The translations under genes and the position numbers were made by a program. From assembly GCF_001194135.2 (NCBI RefSeq), contig NC_068986.1:74129884-74193883 (forward strand): a DNA stretch of 64,000 bases, given 5' to 3'. Of the stretch, positions 26,191-39,452 are shown one piece after another; position 1 is the first letter of the stretch, and each line of letters starts with the position of its first letter. The DNA comes from Octopus bimaculoides (taxonomy: Eukaryota). Under the pieces are notes generated by a model, which was not told the DNA's origin, did no database searches, and worked only from the letters and a program-made list of their open reading frames with translations.

Positions 26191-26299
26191 TATATGTGTA
26201 TACACACACACACATTATTTTTTCTCTTGTTACAAAGTGTTGTATTGGTTCTGTTGGTCTTGTTTTTGCTGTACTGTTCAGTTATGAGGATGTAAACAA

Positions 26300-26965
26300 A
26301 CCAACATTAGTTGCTAAGTTGTGAGAGACAGGCACTGATGTGCATACGCATGCACATATTTACACACATGCAACAGGCCTCCACAGTTTCCCTCTACCAA
26401 ATTCACTTGCAAACCATTGGTCAGCCTGGAACTATAATAAGAAACATTTGCCCAATGTGCTACATGGTAAGACTGAACTTGAAACCATGTAGTTGCAAAG
26501 TGAACTTCTTAAACGTACAGCCAGACCCCTGCACACACACACAAACATACATAAACACACACACACACACACACACACATACAATGAGCTTCTTTCTGTT
26601 TCTGTCTACCAAATCCACTCACAAAGCTTTGGTTGACCCAAGGCTATAATAAAAGACACTTGCCCAAGGCACCACGCATTGGGACTGAACCCTGAATCAT
26701 GTGGTTGGGAAGCAAGCTTCTTATTTCTTTATTGCCCACAAGGGGCTAAACATAGAGGGACAAACAAGGACAGACAAAGGGATTAATTCGATTACATTGA
26801 CCCCAATGCGTAACTGGTACAACCCCAGAAGGTTGAAAGGCAAAGTCGACCTTGGTAGAATTTGAACTCAGAGCGTAATGACTGATAAAATACCGCTAAG
26901 CATTTCGCCCGATATGCTAACGTTTCTGCCAGCTCACTGCCTTACCACACAGCCACTCTTGTGCA
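26300..26965 (-). mobile_element. SINE family B with a nested family-C SINE at 26720-26940
   Basis: B head is split at GCTT|CTTA...|CTTACCACACAGCCAC; C copy is complete, with its AATAAAGAAATAAG tail. Confidence 0.85.
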
Positions 26966-27117
26966 AATTTAGACAACAAAGATGAAGAAAGCTATGTTAA
27001 ATATAATACAAGGTAAACATGCTTTAGAGATGTATTTACAAAGTTATCAGATTGTTGAGCCATGTTATAGAAGTTACAGAATGAGTTATAGTTCAATTTA
27101 TTACAAAGAAAATTAAC

Positions 27118-28000
27118 TTAGATGAAATGCAGTTTGGTTTTGTAACAGGAAATAGCTCTGATACTCTCTTCCAGATGAAGCAACTGTATGAGAAGTATTT
27201 AATAAAATGTTAACTGCTCTGATTACCATCCATTGACCTGAAAAAAGCCTTGCTAGGGTCCCTTACTCTGTGATTTGGTGGCTGCTCTCACAAGCCATAT
27301 CAGTCAACTGAGAGTTAGCAATACATGCAGTGACAAATTCAGCATGTGGGTATGGGCACATCAGAACTTGTTTCTCAGTTCATGCCTATTCACTAGTGTC
27401 TTCCTAACTATGACAGAGGAATTTAAAACCAGTTGCTCATGGGAACTGTTATATGATGATGACCATGTAGTGAAATTTGTAGCAGAACTAGAAAAGACAT
27501 TCCAGGCATAGAAGCAGAACCTGAAATCAAAAAGAACTCAAAGTTAACTTAGCAAAGACCAAAGATATAGCAAATAGGAAAAATGACAGGACGCTACTTT
27601 CATCAAAGAAATTACCTTGCTTGATATGTAGAAAAGGAATGGGTAGAAATTTCATACTGTTGCTCAGTGCAAAAAATGTGTGCGCAAAAGGTGCAGTGGT
27701 ATCACAGGCAAGGTAACAGGGAAAGTAGACTTTGTATGTGGCAGATGCATAGGGGCTATAAACACTAAAAGTATGTGGGGAATAGATATTCTTGAATGCT
27801 CGAGATGGTCCCTTGATGTTTTAGATAATTATACTACCTAGTTGATCTAATTAGCTGTGGAAGATGATGTTCTGAAAGTATAATAGCCAGAGTAAGAACA
27901 GTCTGGAGAATGTACAGAGCGCTATTATTTCTGCTGATTATTTCTTTTGAGCTATTATTTCTGTCAGATTGAAAGGCAAACTGTATGATGTTAGTATATG
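27118..28000 (+). mobile_element. RTE LINE RT remnant, heavily degenerate
   Basis: DEMQFGFV, IDLKKA and EEFKTSCSWELLYDDD (YADD-equivalent) motifs, with stops and frameshifts. Confidence 0.8.
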
Positions 28001-28011
28001 AATTGCATAGC

Positions 28012-28228
28012 AAGGTGGTGGGCTGGCAGAATCGTTAGCACGCCATGAGAAATGCTTGGTGGTATTTCGTTTGCTGCTATGTTCTGAGTTAAAATTCCGC
28101 TGAAGTCGACTTTGCCTTTCATCCTTTCGGGGGTCAATAAATTAAGTACCAGTTGTGTACTGGGTCAATGTAATTGACTTGCCCCTTCCCCCAAAATTTC
28201 AGGCCTTTGTGCCTATAGTAGAAAAAGT
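28012..28228 (+). mobile_element. SINE family C
   Basis: GGTGGTGGGCTGGCAGAATCGTTAGCACG...GTTCTGAGTTAAAATTCCG. Further copies at 33000-33192 (-), 35740-35900, 35928-36140, 38660-38875, 40428-40640 and 63000-63178. Confidence 0.85.
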
Positions 28229-30354
28229 ATATGAATTGCATATCTATATTGCTAATGAAATGCAGAGGGTATGCATTGACTGGAAAGAAATGAAGCTAGC
28301 ATGCTGTGCTAGATGTGCACTGTCAGTGTGCATGAGGTGACAGTAGCAGTGGTGGCTGCTGTTTTCACATATTTATGTATTTGTTTGAGAAAGTGAGTAC
28401 ACACACTTTCTCTGTGTGTGTGCATACATATATTTATATACTTATGTATCTGCCTATATGTAATTATCTGTTTATCTGTATCATTCTATATCTCACTATA
28501 TATATTTATGTATAAGTTTGTATGTGTGCATGCATCTGTGTATATGTATTTATTTATCTAACTACCTATCTCTAATCATTTGTGTATCTTTATCACTCTG
28601 TCTCTCTTTACATATATTTATGTATGTGTGTGCGTGTGTGTGTGTATTTATCTGTCTATATCTAATTATCTATGTATCTATATTATTCTGTCCCTGTACA
28701 TATATTTTTGTATAGGTATGTATGTGTGTGTGTGTACTATATTAATATTCTGTACCATGCTAGAATGGCAAAATATTGCAATCTCGTCAGTCTATATATA
28801 GAACAGAAATGTAGACAATTTAGCTCCGGGGTGAGACTGAACATATTTTTTTTTATTTGTCTTTAAGATTTGTTAACATTGGTTTAATCAATTGATATCC
28901 AGCAAATAAATAAATAGAACATATATTTTGTACTGTCTGATACAATTTGGTTCTTTATTTATTCATTTTTATTTATTTGTTATTATTATCATTATTTCAT
29001 TCTTTTTGTGTTTTTCTCTGCACTAGAGATTCTTCAGTTGCAGTAACATTAACCTCTTGCACCCCCTACCTCATACAGAACTATTACAAAAACATCACTT
29101 AATGATACAAAAATACCCACTTTTTCTGTTGATATAATGAAAAATCCACAAATTTCCTTCGTATCATTTCCTCCCTATTTGCATGGTAGTTCAGAAAATA
29201 ATTTTTTTTTTCCATACTCAGACAGTGCTTAAATCACTTAAATAAAGAACAACAACGAGATTGTCAAATGTTTAAATGTCTACTAGAGAACATCAATTTC
29301 CAATATTTTCCCAACTCACATCTATTATGACGCTGCAATTCCTATAATTATTCCATAATTGGCCAGCATATCCTATGCTTATTCTATAATTAGTCTACAA
29401 CTCTTATATTTATTCCATAATTTGTCTACATAAAGAATATTTATCTTTCCCATGTTAACTTCTGATTCCACTTTCATTGTTCACCTGACACTCCAGCCAT
29501 GATATTTCAACTTTTTTATGCCTAATGTACCTAGGACTGAATTATTCATTGTGTTTTAATATTCCATATGTGATAATATCAATAAGTATTGGCCCAAGAA
29601 TTCTCTATGTGGTTGCTGTGCTTACTAGAAGGTGCAGTTGAGTCACCCTGAAATCACATTAGTTTTGAATGAGGAAAGGCTACATTAAATAAGGTTGTCC
29701 TATATATCAATAATGAAGGTGCATGGTCAGTGGTTAGAGTGTCAGGCTCACAATCATGAGGTAGTGAATTTGATTTCTGGACAAGGCTGTGTGTTGTGTT
29801 CTTGAGCAAGGCGCTTTATTTCATATTGCTGCAGTTCACTCAGCTGTAGAAATGAGTTGTGATGTCACTGGTATCCAGCTGTATCAGCCTTTGCCTTTCC
29901 CTTGGATAACATTGGTGGTGTGGAGAGGGGAAGCTGGTATGCCTGGGTAACTGCTGTTCTTCCATAAACAACACTGCCCAGACTTGTGCTTCAGAGGGTA
30001 AATTTTTGGGTGCAATCTCATGGTCATTCATGACCGAGACAGGTCTTTATATATCAATAAAAGGATGCTATGGTTATAGTGGGAAAACCTTTTAAATGTT
30101 GGTTTATTCAATTCATTAGCCTTGAACACTTTACAGAGATGTTCTCCAGAAGATATAGCAGAAACAGCTGTAAGCTAATGAAAGTTCATAAGATAATGAT
30201 TTATGCCTTTGTCATCTCATTTTATTATGACTATTCTGTACTTGATTAATGCTTCATTCTGAAGCACATGTATATTGAGTTATACACCTGATTATTAATC
30301 TCACAATGCCTAAGTAACATATTAAAATGCAAGATAATATATATATTTATCTAT

Positions 30355-30359
30355 GTATG

Positions 30360-30430
<71 letters not shown>

Positions 30431-30439
30431 ATATATATA
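30355..30439. repeat. (TATC)n/(TA)n microsatellite next to a 10-N gap
   Basis: Directly visible. Confidence 0.95.
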
Positions 30440-32478
30440 NNNNNNNNNNGCATGGAAAGCGGACGTTAAACGATGATGATGATGATGATGATGTGTTTCA
30501 GCCAAGTGGCTGCGGTCATGCTGGTGCACCACCGTATGTATGTATATACACACACACACATATATATATGGATGAAGGGATTACTGACTATTTGATCAAT
30601 ATGACCTGGGGTTACAGACCAACAATGACAGGGCATGTTTATGCATTTACTTAACTTGCTAGATGTGATAGCCAAGTTCCCCATAAGTCTTAGGAAAGAA
30701 CGATACATTAGATAGTATGGTGCAAAGTGTACTATGGCTAGGAAAACTCTAGAATACTTTTAACCATAGGCCTGATTGATGAGGATTGGCATGATGTTTT
30801 ACACCAACAAAAACCATTATTGGCTAATGACTCTACTTCATTGGAGTAATTCCAGCCAGAACATAGATAATTGTTTTGAAAACCATCAATTTTTTAATGA
30901 ATTTCCTTTGTCAAATATCTTTCTATAAAATACCTGCCTCTACTTACTTAGTTGGTGCACTACACACATGGTAGATCAGCAGTCATGAGAAAACAGATCT
31001 TCCTGCATATCTCTTGTTGTTGTTGGTTAACTCTAAGTTAGCTTTGGTCAAACAGAGCTATGATTAAAGTCATTCCAGCTGTGAACATTCCATCTTTTTT
31101 TGTCGGGCATAGTGTATCACAAGTTACATTATGCACTGTGTTTATTTTTTTTATAATAGGTAGTTCATCATCATCCTTATCATTATCATTTAACGTCCAT
31201 TGTCCATGCTGGCATGGGATGGACGCTTTGACCAGGGCTGGAAAGCTGAGGGCTGCACCATGCTCCAGTCTGATTCAGCATGGTTTCTATGGCTGGATGC
31301 CCTTCTTAACACTAATATCACTATGGAGTGTAATAGGTGCTTTTACATGCCACTGGCATAGGTACCAGTTGCCTGACACCAGTATCTGTCACAACAGTTG
31401 GTTTCATGGGTCTTCTTCTCAAGCACAGCATATTGCTAAAGGTCTCAGTCATCTGTCATTGTGTCCATGAAGTAGTTATTTGAGAGGCATTGGCTGCTGT
31501 TACTAGCAAGTCAGGCTACCATCTACCATGAACGAACTTAAGCCTTTTGCTCCTTAAATGCCATTGATGACTTTTCCTCCTCATTCAGGTTTTGTTGGTT
31601 TTGAATGGTCAGCAGTGCTTCTGTAACCTTGTTTCTTTCTGGACATGGGTGTAGGCTCTATGCAAACACATTTTTACCTCCAGGAAGATGTGATCCATTT
31701 TAGCCTGGCTTCTGTCCTTTGACCTGTCTAGCATACAAAGCCCTATCAAGTGCTTGCACTCTGCTGGCATAGATCTCAGGATCATTAAGGTACACAAGTC
31801 ATCACACATCAACATGGACCTAATTAGCTTGAATAGTTAACTGCGTTGTAGCGTTTAGGTTTAAACATTATTGAACACATATATTCAGTGTATGTGCTTC
31901 TCTTGTTCAGTGGTAGGCTATGCTTTTGCATGGTGGAAATAACTCCATCAAAGCACTGGGTGTTAAAACAACTGAAAATCATAGACAAGTGAGACAACTC
32001 ACTCTAAATCCCATCCAGTATTTTGGGTGATTTGGGGTGAGTTGTTTCACCTGTTAATGACTATGACTTTCAGGTGTTTTAACACCCAGCACTTTGAAAG
32101 AGTCATCTCCAACCGAGTAAATTGCAGACTACTGGCAAACAAGCTAAGAACATGTGTATTCAATAATGTTTACAACACTCACGCTACTTCTAATTCATAT
32201 ATTCTTTTAGGTTTCAACTTTGTCAAGAAAATTTTAGATCTTCACAGACTGACATAAATGTCTAGCCACCTTTTGAAATATTTTGGAAAATGACCAATTC
32301 CATGTCAATAGACATGGTAAAAGATGTATATTCATTTCAGATTGTCACAATTAAAACATGAAATTATTTATTACAAGATTTACAGCAAATAAATTTTGTC
32401 CTGTTACATTAAGCCATTTCTTTCTCTGCCTCCTTTCTTTATAGAATTCTTCATTCTTTTTTTTCTCTTTATTTACAG

Positions 32479-32616
32479 TTAAATCTAATGGAACAGCGCT
32501 TGGCAGCCATCAATTGGCAGCCACAGGATTTAAATAACAGAGTTCTAGAACTGGAAAATGTTTTGGAGAGAAAAGAGAAACATATTGATAGTCTGGAGAA
32601 ACAATTATCAGAACAG
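32479..32616 (+). CDS. Internal coding exon (138 nt, phase 0-0) of an unidentified coiled-coil protein: LNLMEQRLAAINWQPQDLNNRVLELENVLERKEKHIDSLEKQLSEQ
   Basis: Polypyrimidine acceptor ttttctcttttatttacag, donor CAG|gtaaga, open frame, heptad-like L/E/K composition, non-repetitive sequence. Confidence 0.8.
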
Positions 32617-33513
32617 GTAAGAGTTGATCACTTGAAGAAGGGCATTTCTAGAGCATAAGGTAGTGAGTTCTATTCCTGGACCAGGCTATATTTTGTGTTC
32701 TTGAGCAAAACACTTTACTTTACATTGTTCCAGTTCACTCAGCTGTAGAAATGTGTTGTGACATCACTGGTGCCAAGCTGTATTGGCCTTTGTCTTTCTC
32801 TTGGATAACATTGGTGGCATGGAAAGGGAAGAGTGGTGTGCCTGGGCAACTGCTGATCTTCCATAAACAACCTTGTCCAGACTTGTACCTTGGAGGGTAA
32901 CTTTTTAGATGCAATCCCATGGTCATTCATGACTGAAGGGGGTCCTTTAAGATATGTGTAGGCACATGTAGATATATTCTTTTCTACTCCCGACACAAGG
33001 CATGAAATCTTTGGGGAGTGGGCTAGTTGATTAGATCGACCCCAGTATGCAACTGTTACTTAATTTTTTGACCCTGAAAGGATGAAAGGCAAAGTCGACC
33101 TCAGCGAAATTTGAACTCAGAATGTAAAGACAGATGAAATACCGCTAAAGCATTTTTGCCCGGCATACTAACGTTTCTACCAGCTCGCTAATTTACATGT
33201 AAATATATTCTGACTGAGAAGTGTGATGCATACATGTGTATATCATGTGTAGATATGTGTGTTATTATTATCATCTTCATTTTTATGTGCATATTTTTGA
33301 TGCTGGCATGGGTTGGACATGATTTATTGAGGTAGTAATCTATGACTTTCAGTCACTGACCCGTACCTATTTTTATATACTAAGTCTTAACGTCAAAACC
33401 AACAAAAACATTAAGTTAAACGTATTTTTGTGAGAGACACGAATTTAACATCTCTGTTACCTACGCAGTGTTAGTGGAAAATGAAGCAGAAATAAACACT
33501 GATACATGCACAT

Positions 33514-33552
<39 letters not shown>

Positions 33553-33590
33553 TGTGTGTATGTGTGGGTATATATATGTGTGTGTGTATA

Positions 33591-33636
<46 letters not shown>

Positions 33637-33646
33637 CACATACATA

Positions 33647-34575
33647 CACTGTGAACTGAGATAATAGTCCATGATTTTTGTGAAAATAACCTTGCTAAGC
33701 TCAGATAATGGGAGCTCATCCAGCCAGTCAGTTAGGACATCCCTAATAAAGTTACAGTATGCGATAGCATTAATCTTCGCACCTGACATTTCAAATGGAC
33801 CAATCATCCTGCCTCTCATGATTCCAGCCCAAAACATGACTTTTCCTCCCCCTTGCTGATGGCACAAAACACATGTCAATGAGGTTGTCATAAAACATCC
33901 GTCCCTTATCCCAAGCATCAGGCCCATCTAGCATGGCTCAGCACTCGTCAGTGAACAAAATATGCTTGACATCGGCCTTCATGTACATTCTACCCCATTC
34001 TGACTGCGCTTTTTTGTGTTTGGGAGTCAATGGAGGCTTGCACACAGGTTTCTTCTCCTTCAAAAAGCTACCAATTACTTTATTTCTGGTTGTTTTGGAG
34101 ACATATTCAATGCCAGCGTCTGCAAATAAAGCTTTACTAGTACATCTGGGATTTTTAAGTAAGCATCGCTTGAGATGGGAAATGTCTCGTGCTGTGACTG
34201 TTCGGGACTTGCTTTTATCACTGCGCTCATTCCAATACTTGGGATTATGTAAACACCTATGAATTGTTTTAATATGATGGCCTAGTTTCTTGGCCACTTC
34301 ATCTGCTGACTTGCTTTTACCTATTTCTTTTATAATCTGGTTCCTCTCATTCACTGTAAGATCTTTTCTGTGCCCCATCTTTTGAAATCAGTATTAGGAC
34401 AATTAATCCTGTTCACCTGAAAAAGAAAATTGTTGATTAATACAAAAACTAAAAAATTTTGTTTACAAACCAAAAATAGTGTACTGAACTATCATGTAAA
34501 TTTTCTTCAAATCCCTCGGGTAATTATTTAGAAAATCTAAAAAATCATTATGGACTATTATCTCGGTTCACAGTG
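33647..34575 (-). mobile_element. Tc1 transposon, internally deleted (929 bp)
   Basis: 26-bp TIRs CACTGTGAACTGAGATAATAGTCCAT (33647-33672 / 34550-34575, 1 mismatch) with TA TSDs. Transposase ATG at 34378 with HTH, LFTDEC(*)AMLDGPD and QGGGKVMFWAGI; truncated at VIF, before the second catalytic Asp. Confidence 0.95.
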
Positions 34576-34624
34576 TATATGCATACAGCACATAATTGTC
34601 ACAAATGAGCATCATCATCATCAT

Positions 34625-34822
34625 ACAGGTGGGGTTACCTGTTTCCAATCTTCTGAGAGGAATGTACCTGGCCATACGGATATATTGCCTTGTTTAGGAA
34701 CAGGTGACAGTCGGCAATTGGAAGGGCATCCAGATGTACAAAATTTATCTCAGCAAATTTTGTGTGACCCTTTGAAGCATGGAAAAGTAGATGTTAAATG
34801 ATGATGATGATGATGATGATGA
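34625..34822 (+). mobile_element. RTE-tailed non-autonomous element/SINE with (GAT)n tail
   Basis: GGAAGGGCATCCAG...AGCATGGAAAAGTAGATGTTAAAT(GAT)n shares the RTE 3' end; a related reverse copy lies at 19010-19150. Confidence 0.65.
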
Positions 34823-37800
34823 TACACACACACACACACACACACTTGAAAGACTTGTGGCCAGTTTCCAGCTGCCAATTTCACTCACAAAGCATTGGTC
34901 AACTTGAGGCACTTGCCCCGAATCTCACACAATAGAACTGAACTTGAAACCATATGATAGCAAAGCAAATTTTGTTACCATACAACTGTTTTTTTTTTGC
35001 CTTACATCAAGCATATTCTGAGTGATAAGTATGATTATATGGTGAGTTTCTATCATAAATAACACCAGAAATAATTCCTGTAGAGATATACTTGAATAGT
35101 TGTAAAGTGTGATATGGCAATAAACATACAGCTGAAGTGAATGGTCTCTAACCTATTCCCATAAACAAGGAATTTATTCCAGAAATTACCTCTGTTAATA
35201 ATAATGATATATTAATAATGACATCATTACTGTCAGTGTTCAGTATATTTTGATTACTGCCTTGTGCTTCAGAATAAAACATTACATTCTGCAAGTTACT
35301 GCTAGCTATTGCAGCCAAATCATATTATATCCCTACTATCTTTAAAGGAGATGGACACATCTGACAACATATTCTTTGATATATGATGCCTGAGAAGAAG
35401 GATGGGATTGTCATGGATGGAATGTCTTTGAACATAGTTTACTTTGTCAGAGCTTCTTTGGGACTAAACAACAAAATATTTTAAATACTTCTATTCTCTT
35501 ATCATGAATAAGTATCAGATTTTCTGAGAATGAGTCTGGCGAGTCTGGCATTCTATCCAAGTGAAGAATGACTATAACATAGTTTGGCATTAAGCATCAA
35601 CTTTATATATTCTTGGAAAGTGGTGTGCATTCTTTTAAACTGATAGTAAAGTGTGTAACACAAAGCTTCAGTTATTGTATATTTAATAACCAAAAAAATT
35701 ACATATCAGTATCGATATTAACTGTAAGGCAGCATGCTTTGTGGTATTTAGCCTGTCATTTTGTTCTGAGCTCAAATCCTACTGAGGCTGACTTTTGTCC
35801 TTTCATCATTTTGAAGTCAATAAAATAAGTAACAGCTGAGCTCTGGAGATCAATGTAATTGATTTCCCCTCCCTACTGAAACTTCTGGCCTTGTGCCAAA
35901 ATTTGATATCAGTATTAATATTAATGCTAAGGCAGTGAGCTGGCAGAATCAGTAGCACACCAGTTAAAATGTTTAGCGGCATTTTGTCTGTCCTTACGTT
36001 CTGAGTTCAAATTCCACTAAGGTTGATTGTGCCTTTCATCTTTTCTGGGTCAATAAAGAAGTACCAGTGGAGCACTGGGGTTGATGTCATTGACTTACCC
36101 CCTCCCCAAACTTGCTGGCCTTGTGCTAAAATTTATAATCAATATTAATACTGAATTTATGAAGCTGAATATTTGTGACAATGAACTGAGAAAATGAAGA
36201 TACTGAGTGTAACTGTACAATATGCTATTTCACATACAGCTTGAGTTCTAGAACATTCCTTTCATCAGTTGTTGACTGAAAATCACTGCAATTTCGGCAC
36301 TTTACAACAGTATCACTTCTGCCAATGGTGCTGAATAGTGTTAATGCTTCCAGAGAATGTCCAAGTTCTTTTGACTCACACTGTATCACACATTCCAATC
36401 ATGTGTTTCCTCTTAACAATTACAGTTATTGCAAGGGAGGTCATTCATTCTACATAATGTTTGGTGGGATTTGAAATTCAGGAATTGTAAGAAAAAAGAT
36501 AAGGGATTCATTTATTTTTGAGTGTATGTGTTTACTTACTGCAAAGTTCTTAAAATTTCTATTTGGTAGTAAACATATTCAGTACTATTTCATTCATTTT
36601 AGAAATGATCAGTGTGATACACCCTATGACTTATTAATTAAACATTTTATGAACTAAAACATTTTATTACTGATAGAAATAAATTCTGTCAGGAAGAAAA
36701 ATATAAAATGATTTTTTTTTACCCCAGGGAGTGTTAGTAGTTTAACAATCAACAGAAAAAAAGTGAAACTTATTAGTATTTACATACAGGATAATAACTG
36801 TTTCCGGAGAATTCCATCTTGTGAAGGTGTCTTAAAGAAGGCAATAATTCCAGTTTTATCTGCAAACAAATCTACACACCATTTTCAAATATAATCTCCA
36901 AGGAATAGTTATTGGTTTCAAGTTGCTATTTTATATCACACTTTTTTCCCCTTCAATTATCCACACAACCTCTACACCAAACCGGATGCCTTAGAACCAC
37001 TCCAGCTATGCAGCATATATTTTGATAAGGAGTTACTCTTTGCACTCAGATTTGGTCTTTCCCTCAAATAACCCAATTTCTTGCAGTAGAACAGGTTCAG
37101 TTAAGAATCCCCAAAGGCCAGTCAGTGATGTTAGACCACAGGTGGCTGATTATGTCTACCACTTTACAGAATTCTACTCAAGCTACACAAGGACCAGGTG
37201 GTGATGCTGAACCAGGGAACTGATTCTCCACCCTACCCCCACCCAGTACTTCTTGTCCACTTACATCACAAACTCATATACCAAATGACGTATTTACCTT
37301 ACCCATATCAACCACTGCCTTCAGTACCCAAACATTCTCTCACTTTTGGTATGACTGGAATATATTTAGTGATAGACTTTTAGGAAATCTAGGCCATAAT
37401 AGTTAAGAATTCTATCAGAGATAGCTGGTTTGTGGTGGTGCTGGTAGTGAGTAGTAGCATGTTTATCAATTTGCTTAATACTACAAGCAATTTGAAGATA
37501 AGTATTTTTCCATTAGAATCATTTATGCTCATAAAAGTATAATCTTTATAAAGAGATCTACTGGAATATCTCACTAAAGCTAGATAAAGGAAGCAGCAAA
37601 TAAAATGTCTCTCACAAAACCACACACTTATGCTTAAAGAATAATGCCTAAACATCATGATGACTTTGGAGCAAAGTGTTTTTACTTTAAATTCTTATCT
37701 GTATTAACTCAGCTTTTATTCCTTCTGAAGGTGTATTTAAAAAGATGTGTGTGTGTGTTTCTGTGTGTGTATGTATGCATGTATGTATGGTATATATAAA

Positions 37801-38149
37801 TTGTACTAATATAGTCAATAGTTGCCGGCATAGTGTGTAGTTAAGAAGTTTGTCTCACTGTCACATAGTGCTAGGTTTAACTGTTCTGTGCAGTAGCTTC
37901 AGAAATATTATCTAAGTGCAATTTGATTTACAGCAATTATACAGAAACCCTTCACATGTGTGTGTGTGTGTGCGTGTGCGTGTGTGTGTGTAGAGGGTGA
38001 ATCAGTAACAAAAGGCAAAACAGAAAGAGAATCATCATATTCTCAGAAAACTGACACACACATGCAACTAAATTTATCAATGACTACATACCAAGCTTAG
38101 ATAGCTCCTACCCATACTGCCCACTCTACCTACAATGGCAGTCCCCACA

Positions 38150-38610
38150 CTCCAATGAAGCCTTGGTGCTATAGATTTGCCAGTCTGTCACCTTCTTCAC
38201 TCACAAAGCCTCGGACACAGTGGTCCGGAGATTCAAATTAAGAGAGTAAGGAGATCACATGATGCTGGGTGTCACATGATCACAAGTTTCTCCTGGGTCT
38301 TATTGCTTTCTCCTCTTTGTGAAAGACTTATATCTGATGTCTCTGTGTACTACCTTAATCTGCTCTAGGATAGCTGTCACTGATAATGTCTTGGACTTCC
38401 TGGAAGAACTCTGCTATATTGGTGATATCTGACCATTAAGAATATTTCTTTCTCTTGGCCACTGATGCAACATCATCACCAGAAACTTCTAGCTCTTTTC
38501 CAACCTTGAAGAGGAATGATCTAGACATGTTCAAGACATTGATGATCCCCAAGATACTGTGGTTGGTTGCTAGAGCCAAAAGCATGGCTTTTCTTTACAT
38601 TTTTTATGTC
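38150..38610 (-). mobile_element. Tc1/mariner (maT/DD37D-like) transposase remnant with internal deletion
   Basis: Minus strand reads RKAMLLALATNHS..VLNMSRSFLFKVGKELEVSGDDVASVAKRKKYS, EFFQEVQDII, VVHRDIRYKSF and a decayed WPPxSPDLNPLD-like SPYSLNLNL motif. Confidence 0.65.
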
Positions 38611-39104
38611 AGGATGGAACTTGCCAAGTTAATGATGTCAATATATCTAAAAGAAAAAAAAGGCAGCGAGCTGGCAGAATTATTATTGCATCGGACAAAA
38701 TGCTTAGCAGCATTTCTTCTGACTTTACATTCTGCATTCAAACTCTGTAAAGGTCTACTTTGCTTTTCATCCTTTTGAGCTCAATAAAATAAGTACCAAT
38801 TAAATGCAGGGATTCAATGTAATTGACTAACCTGCTTCCCCAAAATTGCTGGTTTTGTACCAAAATTTGAAGCCAATGTATCTGAAAGGTAAAGAAGCAA
38901 ATTAGAATTTAGTGTCTCTTGCATATAATTATGTTAGGTTATCTTCTATTTATGGCCTGCTAAATGTTGTACACAAATACCTGGTGCACCGTGTGTGTGT
39001 GTGTGTGTGTGTCCATCTTTGTCACCATTTATTTTTACTCATGTTAGACTGGTGTTGTGTCAAAGAGTATAACTTATCAATGAAATAATACTAGATTGAG
39101 CTAG

Positions 39105-39452
39105 GCTCTTGATGGAATAACCCTCTTCACATTCGAGGGAGACAGATCTCTAGTCTGAGATGGGATGTACAGTGACACATTCTCCAGCTCCATCCTTGTG
39201 GCATTGGCTGCAAACCCAGATATCACTACCCATAATGCAGAGGAGAGAAAAATCAATAAATGCAGGAGCTTGGCCAGTTTGTGTCGATTGCCTTTAAGAT
39301 ATCAGGTGTACTTGGACCCCATGCTACCAATTTCCTCCACAAAATAAGGTAATGGAGGCCCATCGAGAAATGAACCCTGCAAAGTGGAGTGGTCACTTCA
39401 GCAAGTGTCACTGACCATTCTCTGTGGCAATGCCATCGTGGTCATTAGCACC
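39105..39452 (+). mobile_element. CRE-like non-LTR retrotransposon remnant (restriction-like endonuclease C-terminus)
   Basis: DGITLFTF..SLV*D...DTFSSS.L...AEERKINK ... QVSLTILCGNA fits the RPDG.TL.P...SLVWD.T..DT...AE.RK..KY...QR.S....RGNA pattern of RLE-bearing CRE elements. Confidence 0.6.
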
